DNA of 55,729 bases from Flavobacteriaceae bacterium (GTDB lineage: Bacteria > Bacteroidota > Bacteroidia > Flavobacteriales > Flavobacteriaceae). Where the stretch lies: the NCBI GenBank assembly GCA_035312485.1, contig DATGBV010000107.1:1-55729 (forward strand), written 5' to 3'. Under the pieces are notes generated by a model. The model made no database searches. It worked only from the letters and a program-made list of their open reading frames with translations, and was not told where the DNA came from. Position numbers and translations under genes: made by a program. This document shows positions 28,840-37,828 of this stretch, piece by piece (the stretch's first letter is position 1; each line of letters begins with the position of its first letter).

Positions 28840-29847
28840 ATGAAAAAAATTATTACGCTTTCTATGTTTTTATTAGCATTTACGTTAATTGCTCAAGAAG
28901 ACAGTGAAGAGAAAAAAAAGAAATTCACTTTTAGCGGAAGTGTCGACGCATACTTTCAAACATATTTAACTGCCCCAGATAATGAAGAAGTATCTTTCGG
29001 TACTGCTTTTGCAGACCAATCTGGATTTGCTGTGGGTATGGGAAATATTATTATTAGCTACGAAGGAAATAAAGTAGGAGCAGTTCTTGATTTAGTTACT
29101 GGGCCAAGAGGCTCTGCAGCTACTTTTAATTCTGATATTGTTGATGGTATTGTAAATCAAGCATATGTTTACTGGAATGTATCTGAAGGTACTACTCTAA
29201 CATTTGGTAGATGGAACACTTTTTTAGGCTATGAAGTTATTGCTCCTGCAGCAAATTTTAACTACAGTACTTCTTATTTATTCTCAAGCGGTCCATTTTC
29301 ACATCTTGGTTTAAAAGCAGATTTTGCATTAGGAGATGATTTCAGCTTAATGTTGGCTATTACCAATCCTTGGGACACTAACAATATTTCCATGACTGGA
29401 GAATATGCGCTAGGAGCTCAATTAGGTTATTCCGGACAATATTTAAACCTGTACTATGACAGCGGTGAGCATGGTGGTTTAGGATTTGAAATTGACTATA
29501 CAGGTGGTTTCGATTTATCTGACAGTTTCTTTTTAGGTATCAATGCTGCTTACAATGATAATGATGGTTCAGGTTTTTACGGTGCGGCACTTTACCCACA
29601 GTTAGCTACTTCTGAAAGCTTTTCAATAGGCCTTAGAGGGGAATATTTTAGTTTGCATGGTGATGGTGATGATTTACCGAGTGTATTTGCCACAACATTA
29701 ACTGGGAGTTATACTATAGAAGACTTTATTATTAAGCCAGAAATTAGGTTAGACTCTTGGAGTAATAGCATGCCATATATAGATACCGATGGCGAAGCGA
29801 CAGACAATTTAGCTGCATTTACATTAGCAGCAATTTATACATTCTAA
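28840..29847 (+). CDS. Putative outer-membrane beta-barrel porin
   Basis: Signal peptide, FSGSVDAY, NTFLGYEVI, NFNYSTSYLF, terminal Phe. Confidence 0.8.
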   Translation: MKKIITLSMFLLAFTLIAQEDSEEKKKKFTFSGSVDAYFQTYLTAPDNEEVSFGTAFADQSGFAVGMGNIIISYEGNKVGAVLDLVTGPRGSAATFNSDIVDGIVNQAYVYWNVSEGTTLTFGRWNTFLGYEVIAPAANFNYSTSYLFSSGPFSHLGLKADFALGDDFSLMLAITNPWDTNNISMTGEYALGAQLGYSGQYLNLYYDSGEHGGLGFEIDYTGGFDLSDSFFLGINAAYNDNDGSGFYGAALYPQLATSESFSIGLRGEYFSLHGDGDDLPSVFATTLTGSYTIEDFIIKPEIRLDSWSNSMPYIDTDGEATDNLAAFTLAAIYTF

Positions 29848-29867
29848 CAACTAAAATTATATAAACT

Positions 29868-30206
29868 ATGAAGAAAATTGAAGCAATAATAAGAAAATCA
29901 AAGTTTTCTGCTGTAAAAGAAGCTTTGCATGATATAGGAGTGAATTTTTTCTCCTATTGGGATGTTACTGGATTAGGAAACGAAAAACAGGGTCATGTAT
30001 ATAGAGGGATCTCGTATAGCACAAGTGATATTCAAAGAAGATATCTTGATATCGTGGTTAACGACGACTTTCTAAAGCCAGCAATTAATGCAATTTTAAA
30101 AGCTGCCTCTACTGGTGAAGTTGGGGACGGAAAGATTTTCGTAACAGAAGTATTGGAATCTTATAGAATAAGAACAGGAGAACAAGGTGGCGAAACCTTG
30201 AAGTAA
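29868..30206 (+). CDS. glnB: P-II nitrogen regulatory protein
   Basis: MKKIEAIIR, YRG, TGEVGDGKIFV, RIRTGE; 112 aa. Confidence 0.92.
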   Translation: MKKIEAIIRKSKFSAVKEALHDIGVNFFSYWDVTGLGNEKQGHVYRGISYSTSDIQRRYLDIVVNDDFLKPAINAILKAASTGEVGDGKIFVTEVLESYRIRTGEQGGETLK

Positions 30207-30229
30207 AACATAAAAAAAATAGACAAATT

Positions 30230-31471
30230 ATGGAATTATTAACTACAAATAACGTATGGATGATGGTCTGTACAGGGCTGGTTTTCTTTATGCACTTAGG
30301 TTTCGCATTTTTAGAAATTGGTCTAACAAGACAAAAAAACACAATAAACATTTTATTTAAGAACATATTTATAATTACGGTGGGTCTTATACTATACTGC
30401 CTTATAGGTTTCAATTTAATGTATCCTGGATCATTTTCGTTGGGAGGTCTTCTACCAGATTATTTTATTGATCTGTTTGGATTAAGCTCTCCATTAACAG
30501 AAGAAGGTGCTTTAGATTTAACTTACAATGAAGGTTATACTTATTGGACGGATTTCCTTTTCCAAGGCATGTTTGCGGCAACAGCAGCAACCATTGTTTC
30601 TGGAGCTGTAGCTGAAAGAATAAAAATCGGACCTTTTATGGTATTTACAGTTCTATATGTTGGTATTATTTATCCAATTGCCGGCTCATGGAAATGGGGT
30701 GGTGGATTTTTAGATGAATTAGGATTTTACGACTTTGCTGGATCTACTTTAGTGCATTCAGTAGGTGGTTGGGCAGCTTTAGTTGCTGTTTGGCTTCTTG
30801 GCGCTAGAATCGGTAAGTTCAAAAATGGTAAAGCACAAGCTATTCCAGGACATAATATACCTTTAGCAACAGCTGGTGTTTTAATTCTTTGGTTAGGATG
30901 GTTTGGATTTAACGGAGGTTCTGTATTATCAGCTGACCCAGCACTTACCTCATTAACGCTAGTAACAACATGTTTGGCAGCAGCCTCTGGTGGTGTCGTA
31001 GCTTCAATTGTATCAGGAGTATTATTTAAAAATTTAGATCTAACTATGTTCCTGAATGGGATACTTGGTGGCTTGGTAGGTATTACTGCTGGAGCAGACC
31101 AAATGAGTCCAACAGATGCTATTTTAATAGGAAGTATTGCAGGTGCCATTATTGTATTTGGAGTTTCTCTAATAGATAAATTAAAATTAGATGACCCAGT
31201 TGGAGCAATAGCCGTACACCTTATATGTGGTATTTGGGGAACTTTAGCAGTTGGAATTTTTGGTGCGTTAGCAGGATTTGATCAATTTATCAATCAATTG
31301 ATTGGTGTTGGATCTTATGCAGCAATTTGTATTGTATCTACATTTATTATTCTATATATACTCAAGAAAACGGTTGGAATTAGAGTTTCTGAACGTGAAG
31401 AACTGGAAGGTCTTGATTCTTATGAACATGGTATGAGTGCATATTCAGATTTTAGAATGAATGAACATTAA
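30230..31471 (+). CDS. amtB: Ammonium transporter
   Basis: DFAGSTLVH, WFGFNGGS, DDPVGAIAVH. Confidence 0.96.
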   Translation: MELLTTNNVWMMVCTGLVFFMHLGFAFLEIGLTRQKNTINILFKNIFIITVGLILYCLIGFNLMYPGSFSLGGLLPDYFIDLFGLSSPLTEEGALDLTYNEGYTYWTDFLFQGMFAATAATIVSGAVAERIKIGPFMVFTVLYVGIIYPIAGSWKWGGGFLDELGFYDFAGSTLVHSVGGWAALVAVWLLGARIGKFKNGKAQAIPGHNIPLATAGVLILWLGWFGFNGGSVLSADPALTSLTLVTTCLAAASGGVVASIVSGVLFKNLDLTMFLNGILGGLVGITAGADQMSPTDAILIGSIAGAIIVFGVSLIDKLKLDDPVGAIAVHLICGIWGTLAVGIFGALAGFDQFINQLIGVGSYAAICIVSTFIILYILKKTVGIRVSEREELEGLDSYEHGMSAYSDFRMNEH

Positions 31472-31492
31472 CCTATATAATTAACCCAAGAT

Positions 31493-31528
31493 AAAAACTC
31501 CGAAGATAAATTTCTTCGGAGTTTTTTT
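31493..31528. terminator. Bidirectional intrinsic terminator
   Basis: aaaaactccgaaga-N7-tcttcggagttttttt. Confidence 0.85.
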
Positions 31529-31546
31529 ATTTAAAGTAAAAAAAAA

Positions 31547-34132
31547 TTAAGCTGAATTTCTACTGGCATTTATATTACCAAATAATGAACGCGTTACAAT
31601 CTTTTCAAAAATTGCTATCTGTTCAAGGTCTTTTGGTTTTTCTGCATTTAACTCTTGAATCTTTCTTAACGCATATTGTTGTATAGTTAATAATGGTAAT
31701 ACTATAGATTCTCTAATATCTATAGATGCTTTTCCTGCAGGTTCATTTTCCATCAACTCCTTGTAGCCTGTTAGTTTTAATAATAATCTTTTAGTTGTTG
31801 TATATTCATCAAAAATAATATCCCAAAATGGACCAAATTCTTTGTCTTCAGACATGTATTTGGTTAAATCAAAAAATGATTTGGATAAGGACATCATACT
31901 ATTTTCTATGAGTGTTTTAAAGAATAAAGAGCTATTATAAAGCATTACGACCTTATCAAACTCACCATTGTCTTCATACTTTTTCAGTGCTGTTCCTACG
32001 CCAAAAAATCCCGGAACGTTTTGTTTTAATTGACTCCAAGACCCAACAAATGGAATCGCTCTTAAATCAGAGAAAACCAGTTTGTCAGATTTTGACCGTT
32101 TAGAAGGCCTACTTCCAATATTTGTTTTAGCATAAAATTTTAATGTACTCATCCTTTCCAAATATGGAATAAACATAGGATGGCTTTTAAAATCTTTATA
32201 GACTTGATAACTTATTTGAGCCAAATCGTTCATGACTTCATTGTCTTCTTCTGTCATGACAAGCTCGTTATGTCCAATTCTGTTTATGATACCAGAACTA
32301 ATGAGTTGCTCTAAATTATATTGTGAGGATTCTAATGTCCCAAAGTTTGAACTTATGGTTTGACCTTGAATAGTAAGCTGTATTTCTTTGTCTTCTATAC
32401 TAGGTCCTAAAGAGGCATAAAATTGATGGGTTTTACCACCACCTCGTGCAGGAGGGCCACCTCGTCCATCAAAAAATATTGCTGTAATATTATATTTTCG
32501 GGAAATTTCGGTAAGTTCTTGTTTGGCATTGTAAATAGCCCAATTGGCCATTAAATAACCACCATCTTTTGTGCCATCAGAAAAACCAAGCATTATTGTT
32601 TGCTTGTTGCCACGTTGCTTTAAATGTGCTTTATACTGCTTATTGGTATAAAGTTGCTCCATAACCGTTTTAGCATTTTCCAGATCGGTAATGGTTTCAA
32701 ATAATGGAACTATGTCTAAAGTCAATTTGTCATTGAAAGCAACAAGTTTAAGCATAGCAAATAATTGCATAACATTTAACGCCGTCTGGTTGTTGCTTAT
32801 AATGTATCTGTTTGCACCTCTTTCTCCATTTTTTTCTTGAATTTCTTTAACTGCTACGATTGTTTTTAAAGTATTTACAATCATTTCGTCAGAGAATATG
32901 TCAATATCAATTTCAGCATTGATGTCTGATAAAATATCTATTTGTTCAGCTTCAGAAAGATCATTGTAGTTTTTTGGGAAAATATTGCTGCCAATACTGA
33001 TTAATTTTTCAACGATATCTGTAAAAACAGCATCATGAATTCTACTATCTTGTCTTATATCTAAAGTAGCAAAATGATATCCAAAAAGATGGGTTTTATT
33101 GATTAAGGAATCAACATCTTGAATGTAAAGTGATTCATGCTCTTTAACTATTATTTTTCTAATCTCTGTTAACTCTGAAACAAAATCATCAAAATTGATA
33201 GCATTATTGGAGTTTAAATCTATACTGTTCATATAAATTTTAAGCTCCAAATTAGTAATACGATCTTGCACACCTTTAAAGGTTAATCTACGTCTTAAAA
33301 TTTTTAAATCTCTATGATAATTTTTTAAAATGGTTTGCTTTAATCTTCGTGCTACTTTTAACGTTGTTTCTGGTAAAACAAAAGGGTTTCCATCTCTATC
33401 GCCACCAGGCCAGAAACCAATATTTATAATTTCGTTCTCAATGACCTTATAGTCAAAAATATTGTGTTGAATGTAATCATATATCTTTCCGAAAGAATCA
33501 TAAAATACATTTTCTAGATACCAAATTAAATTTACGGCTTCGTCATAGGGCGTGGGCTTTTCATGTTTGAAAAAAGGTGTCTTTCCAAGTTGTGCTAGAA
33601 GTGAATTAATAGTATCGAGATCATTTTTCTTAATTGCTTCAGATAGATCTGTGATAATCCCTAGAACACTTCCGGGATAAAATTGTGTTGGATGTGCCGT
33701 TAATACAATCCGAACTTTGAATTCTTGTAGATATTTTTGAAGTTCCTCAAGCTTATTCTCTGAAACTGCAGATTCTTTAAGACTTCTTAAAGTACCAATA
33801 CCTTCCATATTGTTCACTACGGGAAATGCAGCATCTTCAATAGCATCAAACAATACTACTTGTCTTTCTATATACTGTATGAATCTAAACAGTAAATTTA
33901 TTTGGCTTTCTTTAGATCTTCTAGCCTGATATTTCTTGAAAAAAGTATCAACTATGGTAGTAGGATTATCGCCATTAATATATCCTTTTTTACAAGTTTC
34001 ATGAAACAATGGCAACAATACACCCGTTTTGGTAATAGTGTAAAAAGGTAATGTCATAAAAATACTATTATAAATATTGTATTTTGACAAAACACTTTGT
34101 TTAAATCTCGCTAATTTTGGTTGTACAGCCAT
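31547..34132 (-). CDS. ppc: Phosphoenolpyruvate carboxylase
   Basis: VLTAHPT, GGDRDGNP, MLGFSDGTKDGG, GRGG..ARGG, LRAIPF. Confidence 0.96.
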   Translation of the reverse strand: MAVQPKLARFKQSVLSKYNIYNSIFMTLPFYTITKTGVLLPLFHETCKKGYINGDNPTTIVDTFFKKYQARRSKESQINLLFRFIQYIERQVVLFDAIEDAAFPVVNNMEGIGTLRSLKESAVSENKLEELQKYLQEFKVRIVLTAHPTQFYPGSVLGIITDLSEAIKKNDLDTINSLLAQLGKTPFFKHEKPTPYDEAVNLIWYLENVFYDSFGKIYDYIQHNIFDYKVIENEIINIGFWPGGDRDGNPFVLPETTLKVARRLKQTILKNYHRDLKILRRRLTFKGVQDRITNLELKIYMNSIDLNSNNAINFDDFVSELTEIRKIIVKEHESLYIQDVDSLINKTHLFGYHFATLDIRQDSRIHDAVFTDIVEKLISIGSNIFPKNYNDLSEAEQIDILSDINAEIDIDIFSDEMIVNTLKTIVAVKEIQEKNGERGANRYIISNNQTALNVMQLFAMLKLVAFNDKLTLDIVPLFETITDLENAKTVMEQLYTNKQYKAHLKQRGNKQTIMLGFSDGTKDGGYLMANWAIYNAKQELTEISRKYNITAIFFDGRGGPPARGGGKTHQFYASLGPSIEDKEIQLTIQGQTISSNFGTLESSQYNLEQLISSGIINRIGHNELVMTEEDNEVMNDLAQISYQVYKDFKSHPMFIPYLERMSTLKFYAKTNIGSRPSKRSKSDKLVFSDLRAIPFVGSWSQLKQNVPGFFGVGTALKKYEDNGEFDKVVMLYNSSLFFKTLIENSMMSLSKSFFDLTKYMSEDKEFGPFWDIIFDEYTTTKRLLLKLTGYKELMENEPAGKASIDIRESIVLPLLTIQQYALRKIQELNAEKPKDLEQIAIFEKIVTRSLFGNINASRNSA

Positions 34133-34203
34133 GTTTCAATCCTCTTATAAACAAGAGGTAAAAGTAATAAAGCTAAAGCAAAGCCAAACACTTTTAATTT
34201 ATT

Positions 34204-34278
34204 TTTACTAAAAATAAATTCTCAAACGATTTATTTAATAATGTTTTAACGAAAAGCGGTATTTACTAAAAATAAATT
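34204..34278. repeat. 17-bp direct repeat upstream of ppc
   Basis: tttactaaaaataaatt at 34204-34220 and 34262-34278. Confidence 0.55.
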
Positions 34279-34322
34279 ATCTGTTTTTTTGTCTCTGAAG
34301 AATTCATAATCCAATTAAATTT

Positions 34323-34354
34323 AAAAAGAGCTACAAATTGTAGCTCTTTTTTTT
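34323..34354. terminator. Intrinsic terminator downstream of ssb
   Basis: aaaagagctaca-aat-tgtagctctttt. Confidence 0.8.
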
Positions 34355-34362
34355 GATTTGGG

Positions 34363-34695
34363 TTACTTACCTAACATAAGCAATTCATTACAGACTACTT
34401 CGGTTATGTATCTTTTTTCACCTTCTTTAGTTTCATAACTTCTGGAGGTTAATTTACCTTCTATGGCTACCTCTTTACCTTTCATTAAATATTTCTCTGC
34501 TATGGTTGCAGTTTTCCCCCAAGCTATAATATTGTGCCATTGTGTATCTGTTATTTTTTCACCATTAGCATTCTTATAGCTTTCATTCGTTGCAATTGCA
34601 AATTTTGCCAATGTTTTGCCTGATTCAAGATTGATAATTTCTGGGTCTTTTCCTAAATTTCCAATCAACTGTACTTTGTTTCTTAATGAGTTCAT
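34363..34695 (-). CDS. ssb: Single-stranded DNA-binding protein (short, no acidic tail)
   Basis: NKVQLIGNLGKDPE, TQWHNI, KGKEVAIEGKL. Confidence 0.93.
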   Translation of the reverse strand: MNSLRNKVQLIGNLGKDPEIINLESGKTLAKFAIATNESYKNANGEKITDTQWHNIIAWGKTATIAEKYLMKGKEVAIEGKLTSRSYETKEGEKRYITEVVCNELLMLGK

Positions 34696-34806
34696 AATAA
34701 TATAATTTTAATGTTAAACAGTTAATACCATTGAACCTTTATTGATTCAACACTGCAAATATGAAATGGAATCAAAACTTTATTCGGTATTTACTTGTTT
34801 AAATTC

Positions 34807-34837
34807 GTTTGTAAATGTTTGTAGTCGTTTGTAAACG
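34807..34837. promoter_or_regulatory. Triple GTTTGTA direct repeat with exact 10-bp period
   Basis: gtttgtaaat-gtttgtagtc-gtttgtaaacg; the last unit forms the near-palindrome CGTTT-N2-AAACG. Confidence 0.7.
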
Positions 34838-34848
34838 AATTTTTTGTA

Positions 34849-34856
34849 TATTGCAC
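34849..34856. repeat. Left target-site duplication TATTGCAC
   Basis: Identical to 39175-39182; abuts the terminal inverted repeat. Confidence 0.93.
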
Positions 34857-34899
34857 GGCATCTATATACAATAAGGGACAAGAAAATATAATGATTTAA

Positions 34900-35006
34900 G
34901 TTAGCCAGATTTGGCTATTTTTTTTTGTGAAGTCAGACCTTTAGTCCACGATTGGAAAGCCACCAGTTCAGCAATCCAGAGCGTGAGCATCCTGCCGAAT
35001 AATTCA
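34900..35006 (-). ncRNA. Candidate small structured RNA (element RNA-L)
   Basis: TACCTTTG on the minus strand at 35010-35017; locally GC-rich; stems close with G-U pairs only on the minus strand. Confidence 0.4.
34902..34926 (+). terminator. Terminator just inside the left end (blocks read-in transcription)
   Basis: tagcca-gatt-tggcta followed by 9 T. Confidence 0.75.
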
Positions 35007-35083
35007 GACCAAAGGTAATTCTATCAAATAACGTGTTGCACTTGTTAATACATGGTAGTCTTAACATACGACCAAAATCGGTG

Positions 35084-35212
35084 CTATTCCTTTTTTTTAG
35101 GTTTAGGAACGGAAACCTTTAATACGTCGTCTAAAGAAGTGTTTATCTTAAGTTTCTTCTCATACTCTTTAGAACGCTCTTTAGGCTTTTTATCTTTCTT
35201 TTCTTTGTTCAT
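35084..35212 (-). CDS. Unannotated 42-aa lysine-rich protein
   Basis: MNKEKKDKKPKERSKEYEKKLKINTSLDDVLKVSVPKPKKKE*; same strand as the transposase. Confidence 0.65.
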   Translation of the reverse strand: MNKEKKDKKPKERSKEYEKKLKINTSLDDVLKVSVPKPKKKE

Positions 35213-35326
35213 TATATTGTAAAATTAGTGATTATAACAAAAGATTAACATTTAAACTGCAATATTTTTTAAATTTATTCGTCTAATTTATAAAGTATGT
35301 CTTAATATTATATTAAATAATTTTTT

Positions 35327-35365
35327 ACCTTTGCCCTCTTTTTTTATTAAATATTTATATATTTG
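35327..35365 (+). promoter_or_regulatory. Tandem -7 boxes upstream of the TA pair
   Basis: TACCTTTG (35327-35334) and TATATTTG (35358-35365). Confidence 0.55.
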
Positions 35366-35455
35366 ATAAGTTTAGTCCTTAAAAATTGATTAATAGCAAT
35401 AATTAATTTATCCATTGTGCTCAAAAATTAATTAAAATCAATTGAAAAAAAATAA

Positions 35456-36037
35456 ATGGGTTATACTAAATCTGAAATAGAAAGAATAGGAAACACCATC
35501 ATTTATCTTCGAGAAAAAATAAATGAACCGATTTCTAAAACCAAAGCTATAAAACTTCTTTATTTTTTAGAAGAATTTTCTATAAAAAAATATGGTAGGC
35601 CATTTTTAAATTTAGAATGGGAAGTTTGGCATTTAGGGCCAGTTTCAGAAGATTTATTTGCTGAAATAAATGAACCATTTATGCTTAATGAACATATTAA
35701 ACAATCTTACCTAAATGGTTTGGATGGCTGTTTTATTGAAACAAAACATGCTTTCAATGATGATGAATTTTCGGATGCAGACATATCATTAATGGATATT
35801 TTGATTGAAAATATTGGACATCTAAATGCGAATCAGTTAATCAAGTTAGCTCATAGGAAACATACTTTATGGTATAAAATTGCCAATGAAAATAATTTAT
35901 TAGAAAGTTTTAATAATAAAACAAAAACAACCACAGACTTTAAAATCAATTTATCAGAATTACTCACAGAAGATAAATTGGAAATTTATAACGCATATAT
36001 AGAATCTAAGGAAATTAGTAAATTATATGCAATTTAA
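35456..36037 (+). CDS. Panacea-domain (DUF4065/SocA/GepA-like) antitoxin
   Basis: KAIKLLYF...YGRP...W.LGPV motif, L..LAH...W; overlaps the downstream ORF by 11 nt. Confidence 0.85.
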   Translation: MGYTKSEIERIGNTIIYLREKINEPISKTKAIKLLYFLEEFSIKKYGRPFLNLEWEVWHLGPVSEDLFAEINEPFMLNEHIKQSYLNGLDGCFIETKHAFNDDEFSDADISLMDILIENIGHLNANQLIKLAHRKHTLWYKIANENNLLESFNNKTKTTTDFKINLSELLTEDKLEIYNAYIESKEISKLYAI

Positions 36038-36470
36038 TTCATTTGAAATTCTTTTTTTCCCTTCATTCAGGTTTAAAAATGGAGCAGCTCCTTTACCAAA
36101 ATTTTTTATTGCACTAAAAAAAGTAAAGAACAAATTAATTGTTGCAAGTTTACCTACTTCCCAAGACCATGTTCCAGATAATATAAAAGTTGAAGGATGT
36201 ATAGAATATCCTGATAAATGTATTAGTTGCTTCTGTTTTTTCAAGCAAAAAACAATTTGTGATGATACTGGTTTTAAATTTCACAAAGACACTTTCATTT
36301 ACGCAAGTGCGGTTGATACTTATAATTTGGGCACTCTAAAATCTTATTACCCGATTAAAGACATTGATTATTTCGTTAAAGGGAAGCTATCTAAAAAATT
36401 AGAAACTGAACTCTATCAATGTCTTAAAAATAGTTTTGATTTAAAAAGAGGTATTAAGAAAATCCTTTAA
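36027..36470 (+). CDS. Putative toxin partner, possibly PemK/MazF-like fold
   Basis: ILFFPSFRFKNG...KFFIAL...VASLPTS and C-terminal GKLS...helix pattern resemble PemK/MazF; coupled to the Panacea gene. Confidence 0.55.
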   Translation: MQFNSFEILFFPSFRFKNGAAPLPKFFIALKKVKNKLIVASLPTSQDHVPDNIKVEGCIEYPDKCISCFCFFKQKTICDDTGFKFHKDTFIYASAVDTYNLGTLKSYYPIKDIDYFVKGKLSKKLETELYQCLKNSFDLKRGIKKIL

Positions 36471-37405
36471 ATGTTTTCCGTCAACCTCTTATAACTCAAA
36501 ACACTTTCACTATCAACTAAAAACTTCTCAAATCTTTGTTGACTTGTCAAAGAACGTGTATTAAAACGAGCCGAAAACTCATCTAAATATCTTTCCAGAT
36601 GCTTATCACTCACTTGGTGGTAAATACCATAAAGACCTCTTTTAAGCAAACTCCAAAAGTTCTCTATTGTATTTGTGTGAACTCCACCCTCAACATATAC
36701 ATTTAAAGAGTGTCTTACATTGTCATGCGTATAATACTTCTTTAAATGGTTATATACTGGTGCTTCGTCTGAATAGATCGTAGAGCCTTTAGGCACGTGT
36801 TTAGCTATCAAGCTACCGACATTGTTTAAGTCGGCACTTGGCACGTGCTTTAATACTACTTTACCATTGCGCTCAATGATACCTACTACCATTTTTTTAG
36901 CTTTATATGGTTTACCCTCGTTTGTTAGACTATTATCCTCTAAAGAGCGTTTTTTAGGAAAGTGTTTGTTACTTTCCTTTCCACCTAAATAAGCCTCGTC
37001 AACTTCTACCATATTGTTTTCGCCTAACATTTGTGGTGCTTTATCTTTCAGCATTTCTCTAATACGGTGTAAAACAAACCATGCGGTTTTTTGTGTAATT
37101 CCTAAATCTAAAGCCAGTTGCACCGAACTAATCCCTTTTTTATGTGTTGTTGCTAAAAATATTGATGCAAACCAAGTTCTTAAAGGAATTTTAGAATTAT
37201 GAAAAATAGTACCAACTTTAACTGTAAACTTTTTATAACACTCGTTATTAGCGCATTTATAACCTCTAGTAGTCTTATATGTACGCTCACAACCACAATG
37301 AGGACATACAGGCTTACCGTTCCAACGGATCTGCTCATAATACTCTATACAAGTACTTTCTTCTCTGAAGTAGTCTAAAAGCTGTGGAAGTGATTTAAAA
37401 TTCAT
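36467..37405 (-). CDS. IS1595-family DDE transposase
   Basis: Zn ribbon CPHC...C...C, HTH GISSVQLALDLGITQKTAW, VEVDEAY, IYSDE, HTNTIENFWSLLKRG, YLDEF. Confidence 0.96.
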   Translation of the reverse strand: MNFKSLPQLLDYFREESTCIEYYEQIRWNGKPVCPHCGCERTYKTTRGYKCANNECYKKFTVKVGTIFHNSKIPLRTWFASIFLATTHKKGISSVQLALDLGITQKTAWFVLHRIREMLKDKAPQMLGENNMVEVDEAYLGGKESNKHFPKKRSLEDNSLTNEGKPYKAKKMVVGIIERNGKVVLKHVPSADLNNVGSLIAKHVPKGSTIYSDEAPVYNHLKKYYTHDNVRHSLNVYVEGGVHTNTIENFWSLLKRGLYGIYHQVSDKHLERYLDEFSARFNTRSLTSQQRFEKFLVDSESVLSYKRLTENI

Positions 37406-37425
37406 AGTTTCTAATTTTATATATA

Positions 37426-37453
37426 CAAATATACAGATTGTCCCAATAAATAC
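37426..37453 (-). promoter_or_regulatory. Transposase promoter with adjacent IR-core copy
   Basis: TATATTTG on the minus strand at 37426-37433; ttgtccca at 37438-37445 matches the right IR core. Confidence 0.6.
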
Positions 37454-37828
37454 CTAATATATTATAATGTATTTTATTAAAAAAACACATATTATTATTT
37501 TACATGTATTTATGATTGAATTTAAAGTGATTTAATATACTGATTATTAGCTTAATAAAAATAATTAAATGCAAATAGAGTGTAAAAATATTAAAAACAT
37601 TAATAAACGCTATATTTTGATTAAAGATGTTTAAAAATGGTTATATAATATCTTAAATCATTGAAAAATTAATTGATTGTATTAAAAATATTGTTTGAAT
37701 TGGCATAAATCAAGTTTAAAATCCCTATTTTGAATCTAATGAACAAGTAAAATTTATAAAATAATTGAATTGTCTTTGGATATTTTAAAATGTTTTCATA
37801 CTATTGTATTGCGATAAAATTTTACATC

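Noticed and set aside
34933-35067. 44-codon minus-strand ORF MLRLPCINK...GLKV
   Set aside because: Atypical composition for this genome, an internal promoter box, and overlap with the structured tract; a non-coding reading is more plausible, though coding is not excluded
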